Source of the DNA: an uncultured Pseudomonadales bacterium
GTDB lineage: Bacteria; Pseudomonadota; Gammaproteobacteria; Pseudomonadales; UBA7434
DNA length: 64,000 bases
NCBI GenBank assembly: GCA_964504585.1
Contig: CAZDEW010000004.1
Span: 4,052 to 68,051 of the forward strand
Reading direction: 5' to 3'
Shown here: piece by piece, positions 48,881 to 58,657 of the stretch
Numbering within the stretch: position 1 is the stretch's first letter
Layout: every line of letters starts with the position of its first letter
Notes under the pieces: model-generated
What the model was told of the DNA's origin: nothing
The model's database searches: none
The model's input: only the letters and a program-made list of their open reading frames with translations
Translations under genes and position numbers: made by a program

Positions 48881-50188
48881 ATGTCAACTAACAAACCTAT
48901 TGAGTGGTTCAGACAGGCCACGCCCTACATCAACGCACACAGAGGAAAAACCTTTGTATTAATGCTCAGCGGCGATGCCGTTGCCGACGAGCACATTCAC
49001 GGCCTTGTGCACGATATTGTTCTGCTGCACAGTCTTGGTATCAAACTCATCATCACGCATGGCATTAGACGCCAGTTGGACGAACGCCTCAAAGCAAAAA
49101 ATCAGGCGACGAGTTTCACTGATGGGCTACGCGTCACCACCGAAGACGCGCTGGAAACGGCTATCGAAACATCCAGCCTCATTCGCTCAAGGCTCGAGCG
49201 CAAACTTTCGATGGGGCTGCCCAATTCACCCATGCACGGCGCATCGATTAAGGTAAGCTCCGCTAATGTCGTGAGCGCTCGACCCGCGGGCGTCATTAAT
49301 GGCGTCGATCTATTGCATACCGGCAAGATTCGCAATGTCGACAGCGTCTCTATTAACAACATGCTTGAGCTTGGACACATAGTCCTGCTTTCACCAATTG
49401 GCTACTCCCCAACGGGCGAGGCTTTTAATCTACTCTATCAGGATCTAGCCGCGGCAATCGCACAGGGCATAGAGGCTGATAAAATCATTGCCTTCACGCA
49501 TAGCGAAGGCATGCAATTTGATCTGGTCGACAAGGGCAGCGCACTGACCACGAAAGAGGCCGAGGCAATTGTCGCAACGCTGCCAAGCGATCACGAATAT
49601 GCAATATGCCTGCAACGCTGTATCGACTGCGTCGACAAAGGTGTTCCCAGAGGCCACCTGCTGGACTACCGAGTCGACGGCGCCCTGCTTACAGAGCTAT
49701 TCTCAGTCGATGGTCAGGGTCTTTTGATACAGGATCAGCAGTTCGAACATGTGCGCGAAGCAAGCGCGGACGATATCCCGGCCATCATTGATATTATCAG
49801 GCCATTGGAAAAAGCCGGCGTGCTTGTGCGCAGAGACAGAGACAGGCTCGAAGCGGAGATCGAACGATTTAGCGTCATCGAGCGAGAGGAACTGACTGTC
49901 GCTGTAGCAGCACTCTATCTTTCCGATGACGGCCAACTGGCTGAGGTAGCCTGCATCACAACTCACCCCGACTATCAGGGCGAAAATCGTGGCGGAACTT
50001 TACTGCGGCATCTGGAGTCGAAGGCCAGGACAGAGGGGGCACAGCGAATATTCGTCCTCACAACGCAGACTACCCACTGGTTTATTGAGCATGGCTTTAA
50101 GGTGGGTAGCGTTGACGACTTACCGGAATCCAAAAAAAATCTTTACAACTATCAGCGCAACTCCAAAGTGTTGATTAAAGATCTTTAA
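48881..50188 (+). CDS. argA: amino-acid N-acetyltransferase (N-acetylglutamate synthase)
   Basis: 435 aa. The N-terminal half is an amino-acid kinase fold (FRQATPYINAHRGKTFVLMLSG). The C-terminal half is a GNAT domain (ACITTHPDYQGENRGGTLL). Confidence 0.9.
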   Translation: MSTNKPIEWFRQATPYINAHRGKTFVLMLSGDAVADEHIHGLVHDIVLLHSLGIKLIITHGIRRQLDERLKAKNQATSFTDGLRVTTEDALETAIETSSLIRSRLERKLSMGLPNSPMHGASIKVSSANVVSARPAGVINGVDLLHTGKIRNVDSVSINNMLELGHIVLLSPIGYSPTGEAFNLLYQDLAAAIAQGIEADKIIAFTHSEGMQFDLVDKGSALTTKEAEAIVATLPSDHEYAICLQRCIDCVDKGVPRGHLLDYRVDGALLTELFSVDGQGLLIQDQQFEHVREASADDIPAIIDIIRPLEKAGVLVRRDRDRLEAEIERFSVIEREELTVAVAALYLSDDGQLAEVACITTHPDYQGENRGGTLLRHLESKARTEGAQRIFVLTTQTTHWFIEHGFKVGSVDDLPESKKNLYNYQRNSKVLIKDL

Positions 50189-50287
50189 CGGAACTCTTTT
50201 GTCGCTATGTGCTTTAAAGGGAGCGCTGTTATTCATTGCCGCCTCGCTAAAAGTTAGACTCAACAACTAAACCAAAAGAGAAACACT

Positions 50288-50755
50288 ATGAAACACTTAC
50301 CACTGGTGCTGGCGATTTACGTTGCTTTCGTTTTTGTACAATCACTTTTCTTCAAATTTGCTGGTGTTATTACCGGCAACCCCGCAGATATCACGATCTA
50401 CATTTTCGACACTGTCGGCCAATGGATGTCAGATATTGGTCTGGGGCAGATTGGAACGCTGTTTGCGGCGCATGGGGGTGTCGTGATTGGTCTGGCAGAA
50501 TTACTGGCAAGCGCGTTGATTCTCATCACTGTGACAAGAAAGTGGGGCGCACTGCTCGGGCTTGGCATTATGTCGGGGGCTATTTTCTTCCATATTTTCA
50601 CCCCGCTCGGACTATTCCCCTACACCGACCTATCTTGCACCACAGCAGGCTGCCCCACCGAGAAGCCACTCTTCTTTATGGCTATTGGCGTATGGCTAAG
50701 CTGTGCCTATCTGGCCTGGCAGGGATTTTTGAAACAAAACGATGCAGGTGCTTAA
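50288..50755 (+). CDS. small 4-TM membrane protein, DoxX-like
   Basis: 155 aa with four hydrophobic helices. The family call is weak. Confidence 0.5.
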   Translation: MKHLPLVLAIYVAFVFVQSLFFKFAGVITGNPADITIYIFDTVGQWMSDIGLGQIGTLFAAHGGVVIGLAELLASALILITVTRKWGALLGLGIMSGAIFFHIFTPLGLFPYTDLSCTTAGCPTEKPLFFMAIGVWLSCAYLAWQGFLKQNDAGA

Positions 50756-50763
50756 GCACCTGC
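50744..50763. terminator. bidirectional intrinsic terminator (perfect 8-bp stem GCAGGTGC / GCACCTGC, loop TTAA)
   Basis: The hairpin is flanked by ATTTCTT on the + strand and by TCGTTTTGTTTC on the - strand. It lies between the convergent DoxX-like and OMP genes, and the DoxX-like stop codon is in the loop. Confidence 0.7.
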
Positions 50764-50780
50764 ATTTCTTGGAGCGGGGT

Positions 50781-51338
50781 TTAGAAGAAGCGGAAACCTG
50801 CGGTCAGTCGCAGCAAATCCTGTTTTGCATGAGAGGTAATAGTGATACGCGCTGGGACTGCGGCATCGGTACTCAGGTCAAGACCGATACCAAAAAAGAT
50901 TTCGGAATCAGATGGGACTTCATCGAGGTCTGATTCCAGACTTCCTGGCGATACATCATCTTCAAATTGGTCGACACCAAAGATACCGTAAGCGTATTTA
51001 TTAACCCCTACAGTACCCCCTGCCAAAATCGCCAGCGAAACCGACGTCAACTCGTACTGGCCCTGTACACTGTTATTCGATCTCACATCGACTTCTCCGA
51101 AGTCGTTGTATGCGAGCTCTATGGCAAGAGTCTCATTCACTTCATAGCCAATTCCGAGTGAGGCGCCTGCACTGGATTCATCGAGCGTAGCCACATCAAA
51201 CCGATTAAAACCCACGTCTGCAAACAGGTAAGCATCACCGAGAGTTTCACGGTCAGCGTGAGCAAGACCCGATGAAAAAAGTGTTATGGCGACCGAACTA
51301 CAAATCGCAGCGTACTGGCTCGATAGAAAATTCTTCAT
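50781..51338 (-). CDS. small outer-membrane beta-barrel protein
   Basis: 185 aa with a signal peptide ending LAHA. It has alternating amphipathic strands and a terminal aromatic residue (TAGFRFF). Confidence 0.7.
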   Translation of the reverse strand: MKNFLSSQYAAICSSVAITLFSSGLAHADRETLGDAYLFADVGFNRFDVATLDESSAGASLGIGYEVNETLAIELAYNDFGEVDVRSNNSVQGQYELTSVSLAILAGGTVGVNKYAYGIFGVDQFEDDVSPGSLESDLDEVPSDSEIFFGIGLDLSTDAAVPARITITSHAKQDLLRLTAGFRFF

Positions 51339-51629
51339 GGTTAACTTGTGCTCTAGATCTTGACGATTGGTCCGGCCTGCCCGGAATTCTTCACCGAGCC
51401 AGCGCTACGCCACCCGGTCACAAAGCCTATGGTAACCCAATGTTATTGTTCAGGTTTTGGCCGCAAAAAGGTGATTGGCGGGCTTTGAGCGCAACATGTT
51501 AGCCATTAGCGAGGGCAGCCGTTCTGCCACTGCGATAGCTTGGACTTTTTTCGCGCTAAGCTGCCTTTTTAGGCGGTTAAACGGCGAACAGCGGTAAAGC
51601 TCTGTCACACCGTTGATGATCGATGCTTG

Positions 51630-52523
51630 CTAGCCTCTTGCGGCCGCCTCACTGGCAATCAGCGCCGCTTTACGGTCTACCCCCCACCGATACAGATTGA
51701 GCACGCCTGACTCCCTGATGACCCGGTGGCAAGGCACTAGACAGGCCACTTCGTTACTCGCAACGGCGCTGGCGACTGCCCGTGCTGCAGTAGGTCGACC
51801 AATACGGCCCGCAAGCTGCTGGTAGCTGACCAAGGTGCCCGGAGCAATTCTCATAAGCGCTTCCCAGACTTGCAAGCGAAACGGTGTACCTTTGAGCAGC
51901 ACCTGTACGCTGCGGACCGCTGGCTCATCGGAGGCAGCTGAGGGAAAAAGTTGCTCAAAATCAGACCTTGCCCGCTCCTCGCTTGCGATCAGGCTGGCAT
52001 TTGGCCAGCTCCGCTCTAACTCCGCACATACCGCCGGAAGCTCTGACCACCTGTCAAAAAAACTCAGCTTACAGATGCCTCTTGCCGTTACCGCGATAAA
52101 GCAGTAACCGTACGGGGATGAAAAAGCCGCATAGTAGATTACGATACCCGCACCGCCGCTCTTGTACTCGCCGGGGGTGACGCTTTCATGAGTGACCATC
52201 AAATCATACAGGCGGCTAGCGCCGCTCAGCCCTGCGGCGTGCGAGGCGTCCATGACAGACGCATGGCGCAATGCAGATTTCGCGTACTCCTTAGTGAGGT
52301 ACTGCAGAAACTGTTTGGGGGAGATACCCACCCACTCGGAAAAAGTTCTCTGCAGGTGCGATTCACTCACACCCGTAGCCCGAGCAATTTGAGAAAGCGC
52401 GGGCTGCTCAGCATGATGCTGATTCAGATAGCTTATTGCGCTTGCGATTTGCTGGTAGCGCCTGTGCTCGCTCAACTTTTTTGGTTTTTTTATTTGATGC
52501 ATAAGCAGCGATTGTCGCTGCAA
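51630..52523 (-). CDS. AraC-type HTH fused to methylated-DNA--protein-cysteine methyltransferase (Ada/Ogt-like)
   Basis: The AraC HTH region is IARATGVSESHLQRTFSEWVGISPKQFL. The C-terminal MGMT active site is LVPCHRVI. Confidence 0.8.
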   Translation of the reverse strand: MQRQSLLMHQIKKPKKLSEHRRYQQIASAISYLNQHHAEQPALSQIARATGVSESHLQRTFSEWVGISPKQFLQYLTKEYAKSALRHASVMDASHAAGLSGASRLYDLMVTHESVTPGEYKSGGAGIVIYYAAFSSPYGYCFIAVTARGICKLSFFDRWSELPAVCAELERSWPNASLIASEERARSDFEQLFPSAASDEPAVRSVQVLLKGTPFRLQVWEALMRIAPGTLVSYQQLAGRIGRPTAARAVASAVASNEVACLVPCHRVIRESGVLNLYRWGVDRKAALIASEAAARG

Positions 52524-52670
52524 AGGGAAACGAGAGCGACCCGAATCTTGCTCAAAAGCCCATTATTTCGAGGAAGCGCCAAAAAAGGTACTCAGAGATT
52601 ATGGGCGCTGCGCTACCGACTTCGTCAGACAAAAAACGAACCAGCGGCAGGTATTTTATGCACGCTCGAT

Positions 52671-53588
52671 TCAATTGGCCCGCTTTCTAAAGACAAGAGT
52701 CATGCGGTCTGATTCACCGATAGCCTGCGCTTGCTGCTTACTGCTTTCGCTCTCATGTCCGCGCAACGAGGGCGGCAAGCGCCAAACATAATCCCCAGCT
52801 TCGGGGCGGTCGAGCGGGTTGGCATTGATGGAGGACTCAGCAAACAGCTCAAAGCCTGCCTCTTCGAACATAGCAATGACCGCAGACCGCTTCAAGTACC
52901 CGTTTTGTCCAGCTGCCCAGTTATCGTCAGCATTTTCAGGGGCTCGATGTTGCACAACGCCAACCGTACCATCAGGCTTTAGCCACCGATGTATTTGCGC
53001 GAGCGCGGCTGTTCTTGTTCCCGCCTTTGCCTCAAAGCGATTGAGATTGTGCAGCGCCCTGATCATCACGATGCGATCAAAATGTTGATCCCAGGAATCT
53101 GGCGCCCGACCGAAGGATGCGCCCTGGCCGGTAACGCCAACACCTCCGCTCTGCGTCAGAAAATCTTGCCATTCAGCCATCTGCTTCTTGACCGCTGCAA
53201 TGCGTTCATCGCTGAAAAACCCGAACATGGGCAGCATTTCGTGCGCATACATGACACCGTGCAACTCCCCGCCGTCACTGAGATAGGGCGCTAGCACTCG
53301 GGTATACCACCCGCTACCGGGCAAAACCTCCAGCACTTTCATGTCGCTCTCAACTTCAAAGAAGTCCAGCGTCTCCTGAGGATTCCGCGCCCCATCACGT
53401 GCACGGTCATCTTCAGATCTCGCCGCGACTGCCAAGGCCAACTTATCGGAATCAATCGATGGGTCACTCGTTACGTCAACAACGCCGCCACCAGCTGTGC
53501 AACCCACCGCGCCGAGCAGCCCGAAAACTATCATTGCGCGCAAAAAGCTCGACGATGCTCCATGTGCAAAACCAAAGACTCTAATCAT
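52671..53588 (-). CDS. exported (possibly lipoprotein) class I SAM-dependent methyltransferase-like protein
   Basis: Signal peptide MIRVFGF..MIVFGLLGAVGC and a Rossmann SAM motif (VLEVLPGSGWYTRVLAP). I prefer the ATG at 53588 over 53636, which overlaps ilvD. Confidence 0.68.
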   Translation of the reverse strand: MIRVFGFAHGASSSFLRAMIVFGLLGAVGCTAGGGVVDVTSDPSIDSDKLALAVAARSEDDRARDGARNPQETLDFFEVESDMKVLEVLPGSGWYTRVLAPYLSDGGELHGVMYAHEMLPMFGFFSDERIAAVKKQMAEWQDFLTQSGGVGVTGQGASFGRAPDSWDQHFDRIVMIRALHNLNRFEAKAGTRTAALAQIHRWLKPDGTVGVVQHRAPENADDNWAAGQNGYLKRSAVIAMFEEAGFELFAESSINANPLDRPEAGDYVWRLPPSLRGHESESSKQQAQAIGESDRMTLVFRKRAN

Positions 53589-53632
53589 AGTGAACCTCAA
53601 TAGCGCTTTTAGGGGAACCAGTGAGCTTAATA

Positions 53633-55330
53633 TCAACCGTCTGTGATCGCGCCGACGGATGCCGATCCAACAGCCGCCGCATACTTGGCGAGAACGCCTT
53701 TTTTGTACTTGGGCCTGGGAGCCTTCCAGGCTTTTTTCCTTGCCGCTAGTTCGCTCTTGGAAATATGGAGCTGCAGCTGTCGGGTTTTCGCATTGATAGA
53801 AATACGGTCGCCGTTCTTGACCAGCCCGATCGGGCCGCCAACCGCCGCCTCGGGCGTAATGTGGCCAACAACAAAACCATGTGTACCTCCAGAGAACCGG
53901 CCATCAGTAATGAGTGCCACGTCGTCTCCAAGACCCTGCCCCATAATTGCTCCCGTATGAGAAAGCATTTCCTGCATGCCGGGACCACCGACAGGACCCT
54001 CGTTGCGAATGACCACTACATCACCCTTCTTGATTTTTTGATCAAGGATGGCTTTGAGCGCCGAATCAGAGGAGTTGAAAACCCGGGCTTTGCCGTCAAA
54101 GCTCAGACCCTCGTGCCCGGAGATTTTGGCCACCGCGCCCTCGGGAGCAAGGTTGCCCTTGAGAATAACAAGGTGGCTGTCTTTCTTGATGGGGTTATCC
54201 AATGCTCGAATAATTTCCTGCTGCTTTGGATAAGGCTTAACCCTTGCCAGATTCTCGGCAACCGTTTTTCCGGTTACCGTTAAGCAGTCGCCGTGCAAGA
54301 GCCCCGCGTCGAGCAGTAACTTCATCAGTGGCTGAATACCACCGATGGCAATCAAGTCCGCCATGCTGTGCCGACCGCTCGGCTTGAGATCGGCGAGCAT
54401 CGGTACGCGCTTGCCGATGCGCGTGAAGTCATCGAGCTTGAGCTTCACGCCCATGGAATGTGCCATCGCAAGTAAATGCAGCACGAGATTCGTCGAGCCT
54501 CCAAGCGCTATTGCCACGGTCATGGCGTTCTCAAACGCCTTTTTCGTCATAATTTGATCTGGCGTGATGCCGCGCTTAACCAGGTTCATCAGCGCTTTGC
54601 CCGCGCGCTGGCAATCCAGCTCTTTGTTCTTTGAAATTGCAGCCTGCGCGGAGCTATCGGGGAGGCTCATGCCCATCGCTTCGATGGCAGATGCCATAGT
54701 GTTAGCTGTGTACATGCCGCCACAGGAACCTGGGCCGGGGATCGCACGCTCTTCGATTGCCTTGAGCTCTCGCAACGGAATTTTGTCGTTAGCCTGCGCG
54801 CCTATCGCTTCAAATACCGAAACAACATCAAGCTGCTTTCCATCGTGCTCGCCCGGCAGAATGGTGCCCCCATAAACAAATATCGCCGGTCGATTGAGTC
54901 GCGCTATCGCGATCATGCATCCGGGCATATTTTTATCACAACCGCCGATAGCGATTAGACCGTCATAACCCTGACAGGCAATGACTGTCTCTATAGAATC
55001 CGCGATCACCTCACGCGACACCAACGAGTACTTCATATTTTCAGTACCCATTGAAATACCATCAGAGATAGTGATGGTATTGAATAAGATAGCCTTGCCG
55101 CCGGAACTATCGACGCCGTTAATCGCATGTTCGGCGAGCCCATTAATATGCATATTGCAAGGTGTTACCTGTGATCCCGTCGACGCCACTCCAATATGTG
55201 GCTTTCTGAAATCTTTATCCTTAAAGCCCAGCGGGCGCAACATCGCCCGACTGGCGGCGCGATCATTGCCGTCAACGATTCTGGAGGAGTGCTTCCGCTG
55301 CTCGTTGAGCGGTATATTTTTGGAGGTCAT
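53633..55330 (-). CDS. ilvD: dihydroxy-acid dehydratase
   Basis: Motifs [31 protein letters not shown] and [10 protein letters not shown] prefer the ATG at 55330 ([10 protein letters not shown]) over the GTG at 55360. Confidence 0.95.
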   Translation of the reverse strand: MTSKNIPLNEQRKHSSRIVDGNDRAASRAMLRPLGFKDKDFRKPHIGVASTGSQVTPCNMHINGLAEHAINGVDSSGGKAILFNTITISDGISMGTENMKYSLVSREVIADSIETVIACQGYDGLIAIGGCDKNMPGCMIAIARLNRPAIFVYGGTILPGEHDGKQLDVVSVFEAIGAQANDKIPLRELKAIEERAIPGPGSCGGMYTANTMASAIEAMGMSLPDSSAQAAISKNKELDCQRAGKALMNLVKRGITPDQIMTKKAFENAMTVAIALGGSTNLVLHLLAMAHSMGVKLKLDDFTRIGKRVPMLADLKPSGRHSMADLIAIGGIQPLMKLLLDAGLLHGDCLTVTGKTVAENLARVKPYPKQQEIIRALDNPIKKDSHLVILKGNLAPEGAVAKISGHEGLSFDGKARVFNSSDSALKAILDQKIKKGDVVVIRNEGPVGGPGMQEMLSHTGAIMGQGLGDDVALITDGRFSGGTHGFVVGHITPEAAVGGPIGLVKNGDRISINAKTRQLQLHISKSELAARKKAWKAPRPKYKKGVLAKYAAAVGSASVGAITDG

Positions 55331-55357
55331 ATTGAGTTGTATCCTGAATGCATTGAG

Positions 55358-55378
55358 CACTTATCTAATCGATAAGTG
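55358..55378. repeat. 21-bp near-perfect palindrome CACTTATC-TAATC-GATAAGTG
   Basis: Read directly. Nine of ten positions pair. It lies about 28 nt upstream of the preferred ilvD ATG. Confidence 0.8.
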
Positions 55379-55491
55379 ACTACGAATTAGAACATATGTG
55401 CAGCGCAAAGATGCATTGAATTTTACACGAGGACAGACTCGGGCAAATGCACGCTGATCAACCGGCCGAACTGGCAAACAGTAGCAGGCAC

Positions 55492-55516
55492 GAAAAAGGC
55501 CCCTTGTGGGGCCTTA
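55492..55516 (-). terminator. intrinsic terminator of the TonB2-type operon
   Basis: On the minus strand, AAGGCCCC-ACAA-GGGGCCTT is followed by TTTTCG. It starts 30 nt downstream of the TPR gene stop (55546). Confidence 0.75.
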
Positions 55517-55545
55517 TAAGCAAAGCTGGAAATGGGAGACGAAAT

Positions 55546-56928
55546 CTAGGCCTTGAGGCAGCTATCTATTTTGGCGCCACGCGCGATCAATCTTGCACGG
55601 CGCCCGCCTTCGGCCTTAACGTAATTCGCCCAGTTGGACGCGCTACGCTCGGTTTTTTCAAACTCAGCAGCGCGCGCAAAGGATCGTTCCGCATCGCTAT
55701 AGCAGTGCAGCGCAGCTTCCGCGGTTCCCTTGTTCATCCAGGTTAAATCTTCTCGCTTCAGGCCACCTTTGGCCAGCGCCTTTTCCGCCGCCTCAAGTGC
55801 CTTCTCATTCTCATTGATATTTAGATAGACCCCCGCAAGTCGAGACCACACATTGCCATCATCCGACATTGCCGCGGCCTCTTCGAGGATAGGTGATGCA
55901 CGGCCAAATTCCTGTGATCGCTGCCAGGCGGAACCGAGCACTTCCAGATTCTTTTGCGAGCGCGAGATCAGTCCCGACTCCATACCCTTCTCGATCAGAT
56001 AAGCTGCGCGAAATGGCGTATCAAACGCCATGTAGCGATAGGCCAGTGCCATTAGCTGTTTTTCTTTATCCAGGCCATCCTGCATGTAGGTAACTTCTAG
56101 CCCCAGCAGCTCGTTGCGCTCGTCTTCAAGTGCGGCAAACATTGCCGTGAGCTGCTTCCAGTATTTATTTTTGGGGTAGTAGGTGAGCAGGGTATGACTA
56201 ATGCCGACCGCTTTGCGATACTCTTCGCGCTCGTAGTGGAGAACCCACAGAAAGCTCAACCAACCTTCCTTCGGAACAGACTGCAGCTCCTTACTCTCGG
56301 CCATAACTTCCTGCATTAGGTCGAGCGAGCGATCCTTTTTTTCCAGGTTGTAGTAGGCCTTCGCAAGCAGCACCTTACCACCGCGATCCGGCGTCTCGAC
56401 CTCGGTTAGCCAGATTTCCAGCTGATCCGCTGCATCCTGGTAGCGCTCTTGCATGAACATCAGTTGAGACATGTTGTAGCGGACTCTGACACGCTTATCA
56501 GGATCAGCTTCCGGCTCCTCAACCACCAGTTTGTAGGCTTCTATCGCCTCGGTAACCTTGTCCTGCTGAAACAGCGCAACGCCAATCCAGTTGTTGACCT
56601 CGGAATGTTCAAAACCTTTTTTGCAGGCTCTGCGCATCGCCTGCCTTGCCGCCATTTCAGCTTCAGGCCAACTCTCAGTTTCGAAAAACTCCTGAACTTT
56701 TTGCAGCCTTGCACCACATTCAGGGCTTGGCGTGCGTCGGCGACGCGTCGCAAAGTCTTTGTACTGCAACTTGTCTTCAGCACTCTCTGCTTTCTCCTCG
56801 GCAGGCTTCTCGTCCTGTGCAATAGCCTGATGTGAGGCGGCAGCAGCAAAAAGCAGACACAGCAAAAATAACCCGTGCAGAAGAAAATCGGATCTACGGA
56901 AGCGTCTCTGGAATTGAGAATCTGTCAT
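55546..56928 (-). CDS. TPR-repeat protein, last gene of the TonB2-type operon (TtpD-like)
   Basis: 460 aa with a signal/TM segment and multiple TPR-like repeats. The operon position is equivalent to the TPR protein of Vibrio TonB2 clusters. Confidence 0.72.
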   Translation of the reverse strand: MTDSQFQRRFRRSDFLLHGLFLLCLLFAAAASHQAIAQDEKPAEEKAESAEDKLQYKDFATRRRRTPSPECGARLQKVQEFFETESWPEAEMAARQAMRRACKKGFEHSEVNNWIGVALFQQDKVTEAIEAYKLVVEEPEADPDKRVRVRYNMSQLMFMQERYQDAADQLEIWLTEVETPDRGGKVLLAKAYYNLEKKDRSLDLMQEVMAESKELQSVPKEGWLSFLWVLHYEREEYRKAVGISHTLLTYYPKNKYWKQLTAMFAALEDERNELLGLEVTYMQDGLDKEKQLMALAYRYMAFDTPFRAAYLIEKGMESGLISRSQKNLEVLGSAWQRSQEFGRASPILEEAAAMSDDGNVWSRLAGVYLNINENEKALEAAEKALAKGGLKREDLTWMNKGTAEAALHCYSDAERSFARAAEFEKTERSASNWANYVKAEGGRRARLIARGAKIDSCLKA

Positions 56929-56964
56929 AGAACTGCGCCTCTAACCCTCTCGCAAAACACCAAA

Positions 56965-57576
56965 CTACTTGCCAAAGCCGGCAAAGGTAAACTTGTATTT
57001 GACGCCAGGGACTTCGACAGGCTCCCCATCGACATACTTGGCGTTGTAACGCAACTTCTGGGCGGCCTTGACCGCAGACTTACCAAAGCCAAAATTTTCC
57101 GGAAATTCCTCGAGCATAACTATGTCCTTGGTCGTTCCCAAGGTTGTGATCGTCACCTGAACTACCGCATAGCCGGCCTTACCCTGTCGTTCTGCGCGAG
57201 GCGGATAGCGTGGCGTCGGCACAAAAACCGGAATCGCATCACTGTCGGTGCTCACGCCAACTGCCGTATCGATATTCACTTCGGCTTTGGCAACACCGCT
57301 GGAGATATTCAAGCCCGAGTCACCGGAATCAATATCGATGTCAATCATCTCCTGATCGGGCGGCGGCTCATCCAGGATATCCTCGAGTTCCGGCAGGTCA
57401 TCATCGATTTTCGCTTCGATCTCCACTTTGGGCATGGTGAAGTCAGCAATCTTGGTACTGCCCTTCTTGTCGATTTCGACTTCACCCATCTCAATTAACA
57501 AACTCATGACAATAAACAGCACGAAAGCGATTACCGCCCCCAGAGCTAAACTGCCACCTAATCGAAAAGCCTGCAT
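56965..57576 (-). CDS. tonB: energy transducer TonB
   Basis: 203 aa with an N-terminal TM segment and an acidic/Pro linker (LDEPPPDQEMIDIDID). The C-terminal TonB domain is PRYPPRAERQGKAGYAVVQVTI..G..KDI. Confidence 0.82.
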   Translation of the reverse strand: MQAFRLGGSLALGAVIAFVLFIVMSLLIEMGEVEIDKKGSTKIADFTMPKVEIEAKIDDDLPELEDILDEPPPDQEMIDIDIDSGDSGLNISSGVAKAEVNIDTAVGVSTDSDAIPVFVPTPRYPPRAERQGKAGYAVVQVTITTLGTTKDIVMLEEFPENFGFGKSAVKAAQKLRYNAKYVDGEPVEVPGVKYKFTFAGFGK

Positions 57577-57631
57577 AACTTTAGTTCGTTAGTTTAGTGA
57601 TAAGTTCGTTTATCGATACGCCGTTATGAAG

Positions 57632-58039
57632 CTAGAGCGGATCGGTTGAAATATGGATATCGACGACGCCCGCCTGCTTGGCAGCGTCATAAACCTTCGC
57701 ATAGAACTCCGCATTGGAGTTTTTGTGCTGCTGGATGACGACAGCACCCAATGGATTATCGGTGTGCAAACGTTCGATTTTTGCCTTCAGTGTGCGCTCG
57801 TCTATTTTCTTTCTGTCGAGATAGATCTCATTGCGCTCATTGATCGCGATCAAGATGCTTTGGTTTTTTACATCGTCGCGCACGAGCGTGCTTGGCCGAT
57901 CAACATTGATGCCCGGTTCCTTGATAAAAACGGCCGTTACAATAAAAAAGATCAGCATGATGAATACGACGTCCAACATCGGCGTCAAATCAATCTCACC
58001 ACCTTCTTCCTGGGCCTTACTGGCCGCACCTCTTGGCAT
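57632..58039 (-). CDS. exbD: biopolymer transport protein ExbD/TolR
   Basis: 135 aa: IDLTPMLDVVFIMLIFFIV followed by a periplasmic domain. Confidence 0.9.
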   Translation of the reverse strand: MPRGAASKAQEEGGEIDLTPMLDVVFIMLIFFIVTAVFIKEPGINVDRPSTLVRDDVKNQSILIAINERNEIYLDRKKIDERTLKAKIERLHTDNPLGAVVIQQHKNSNAEFYAKVYDAAKQAGVVDIHISTDPL

Positions 58040-58077
58040 CGCTAAGTTACCTTGTTCTGTTTCAACCAGGGCTCTTC

Positions 58078-58617
58078 TTAGACCACTGGATCATCGCCAG
58101 ACGTCAGGCGATCTTCTATCAGCGCGCACTCGCGCTCAACAATCCGCTGCAGGTATGCCTGCGCAAAAACGCCAGACAGCGCCGCTACCATTCCGGCCAT
58201 GGTGGGCACAGTAGCCCTCGAAACACCGCCGGCCATAGACTTGGGATCGCCGCCGCCAGTAATCGCCATAATGTGGAAAACCAGAATCATGCCTGTAACA
58301 GTACCGAGCAGACCAAGCATCGGCGCTAGCGCGACCAGCGTTTTTATCAACCCCATATTGCGGGTGATCTTCATCACTGTTTCAGAGATCAGGGCCTCAC
58401 GAATCTTTCGTGCTCCCCAGCTTCTCTTGTCATCGCGCTCTTCCCAGTACTTCACAACGGCACGCACTTCTTCTTTGAGTACCGAGTTGAAGAAAAAGAT
58501 CCGCTCAAATATCAAAGTCCACATAACAAATAGCAGCGCACCGATCAAAAGGAGTACAGGACCTCCCATGTCGACGAAGCCAAGAACCATCTCTATTGCG
58601 TCATTGATGTAATTCAT
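58078..58617 (-). CDS. exbB: MotA/TolQ/ExbB proton channel protein (short ExbB)
   Basis: 179 aa with three TM segments and the conserved block LALAPMLGLLGTVTGMI..F. Confidence 0.9.
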   Translation of the reverse strand: MNYINDAIEMVLGFVDMGGPVLLLIGALLFVMWTLIFERIFFFNSVLKEEVRAVVKYWEERDDKRSWGARKIREALISETVMKITRNMGLIKTLVALAPMLGLLGTVTGMILVFHIMAITGGGDPKSMAGGVSRATVPTMAGMVAALSGVFAQAYLQRIVERECALIEDRLTSGDDPVV

Positions 58618-58657
58618 GCAACTTCCTGCGCGCTATCGATACTGCGAGACAAAGGCA

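Noticed and set aside
52188-52712. 174-aa ORF antisense to the Ada-like gene
   Set aside because: It is a shadow ORF. The minus-strand product has clear HTH and PCHRV motifs.
53765-54283. 172-aa ORF antisense to ilvD (with similar ORFs at 53643-53960, 54564-54875 and 54981-55379)
   Set aside because: All lie inside the strongly conserved ilvD reading frame and have no motifs, so they are typical antisense frame artefacts.
56875-57498. 207-aa ORF antisense to tonB (with similar ORFs at 57653-58045, 58199-58612 and 58674-59201 opposite exbD, exbB and ttpC-like)
   Set aside because: The opposite strand encodes a coherent, motif-bearing operon. These ORFs have no ribosome-binding site and no family signature.
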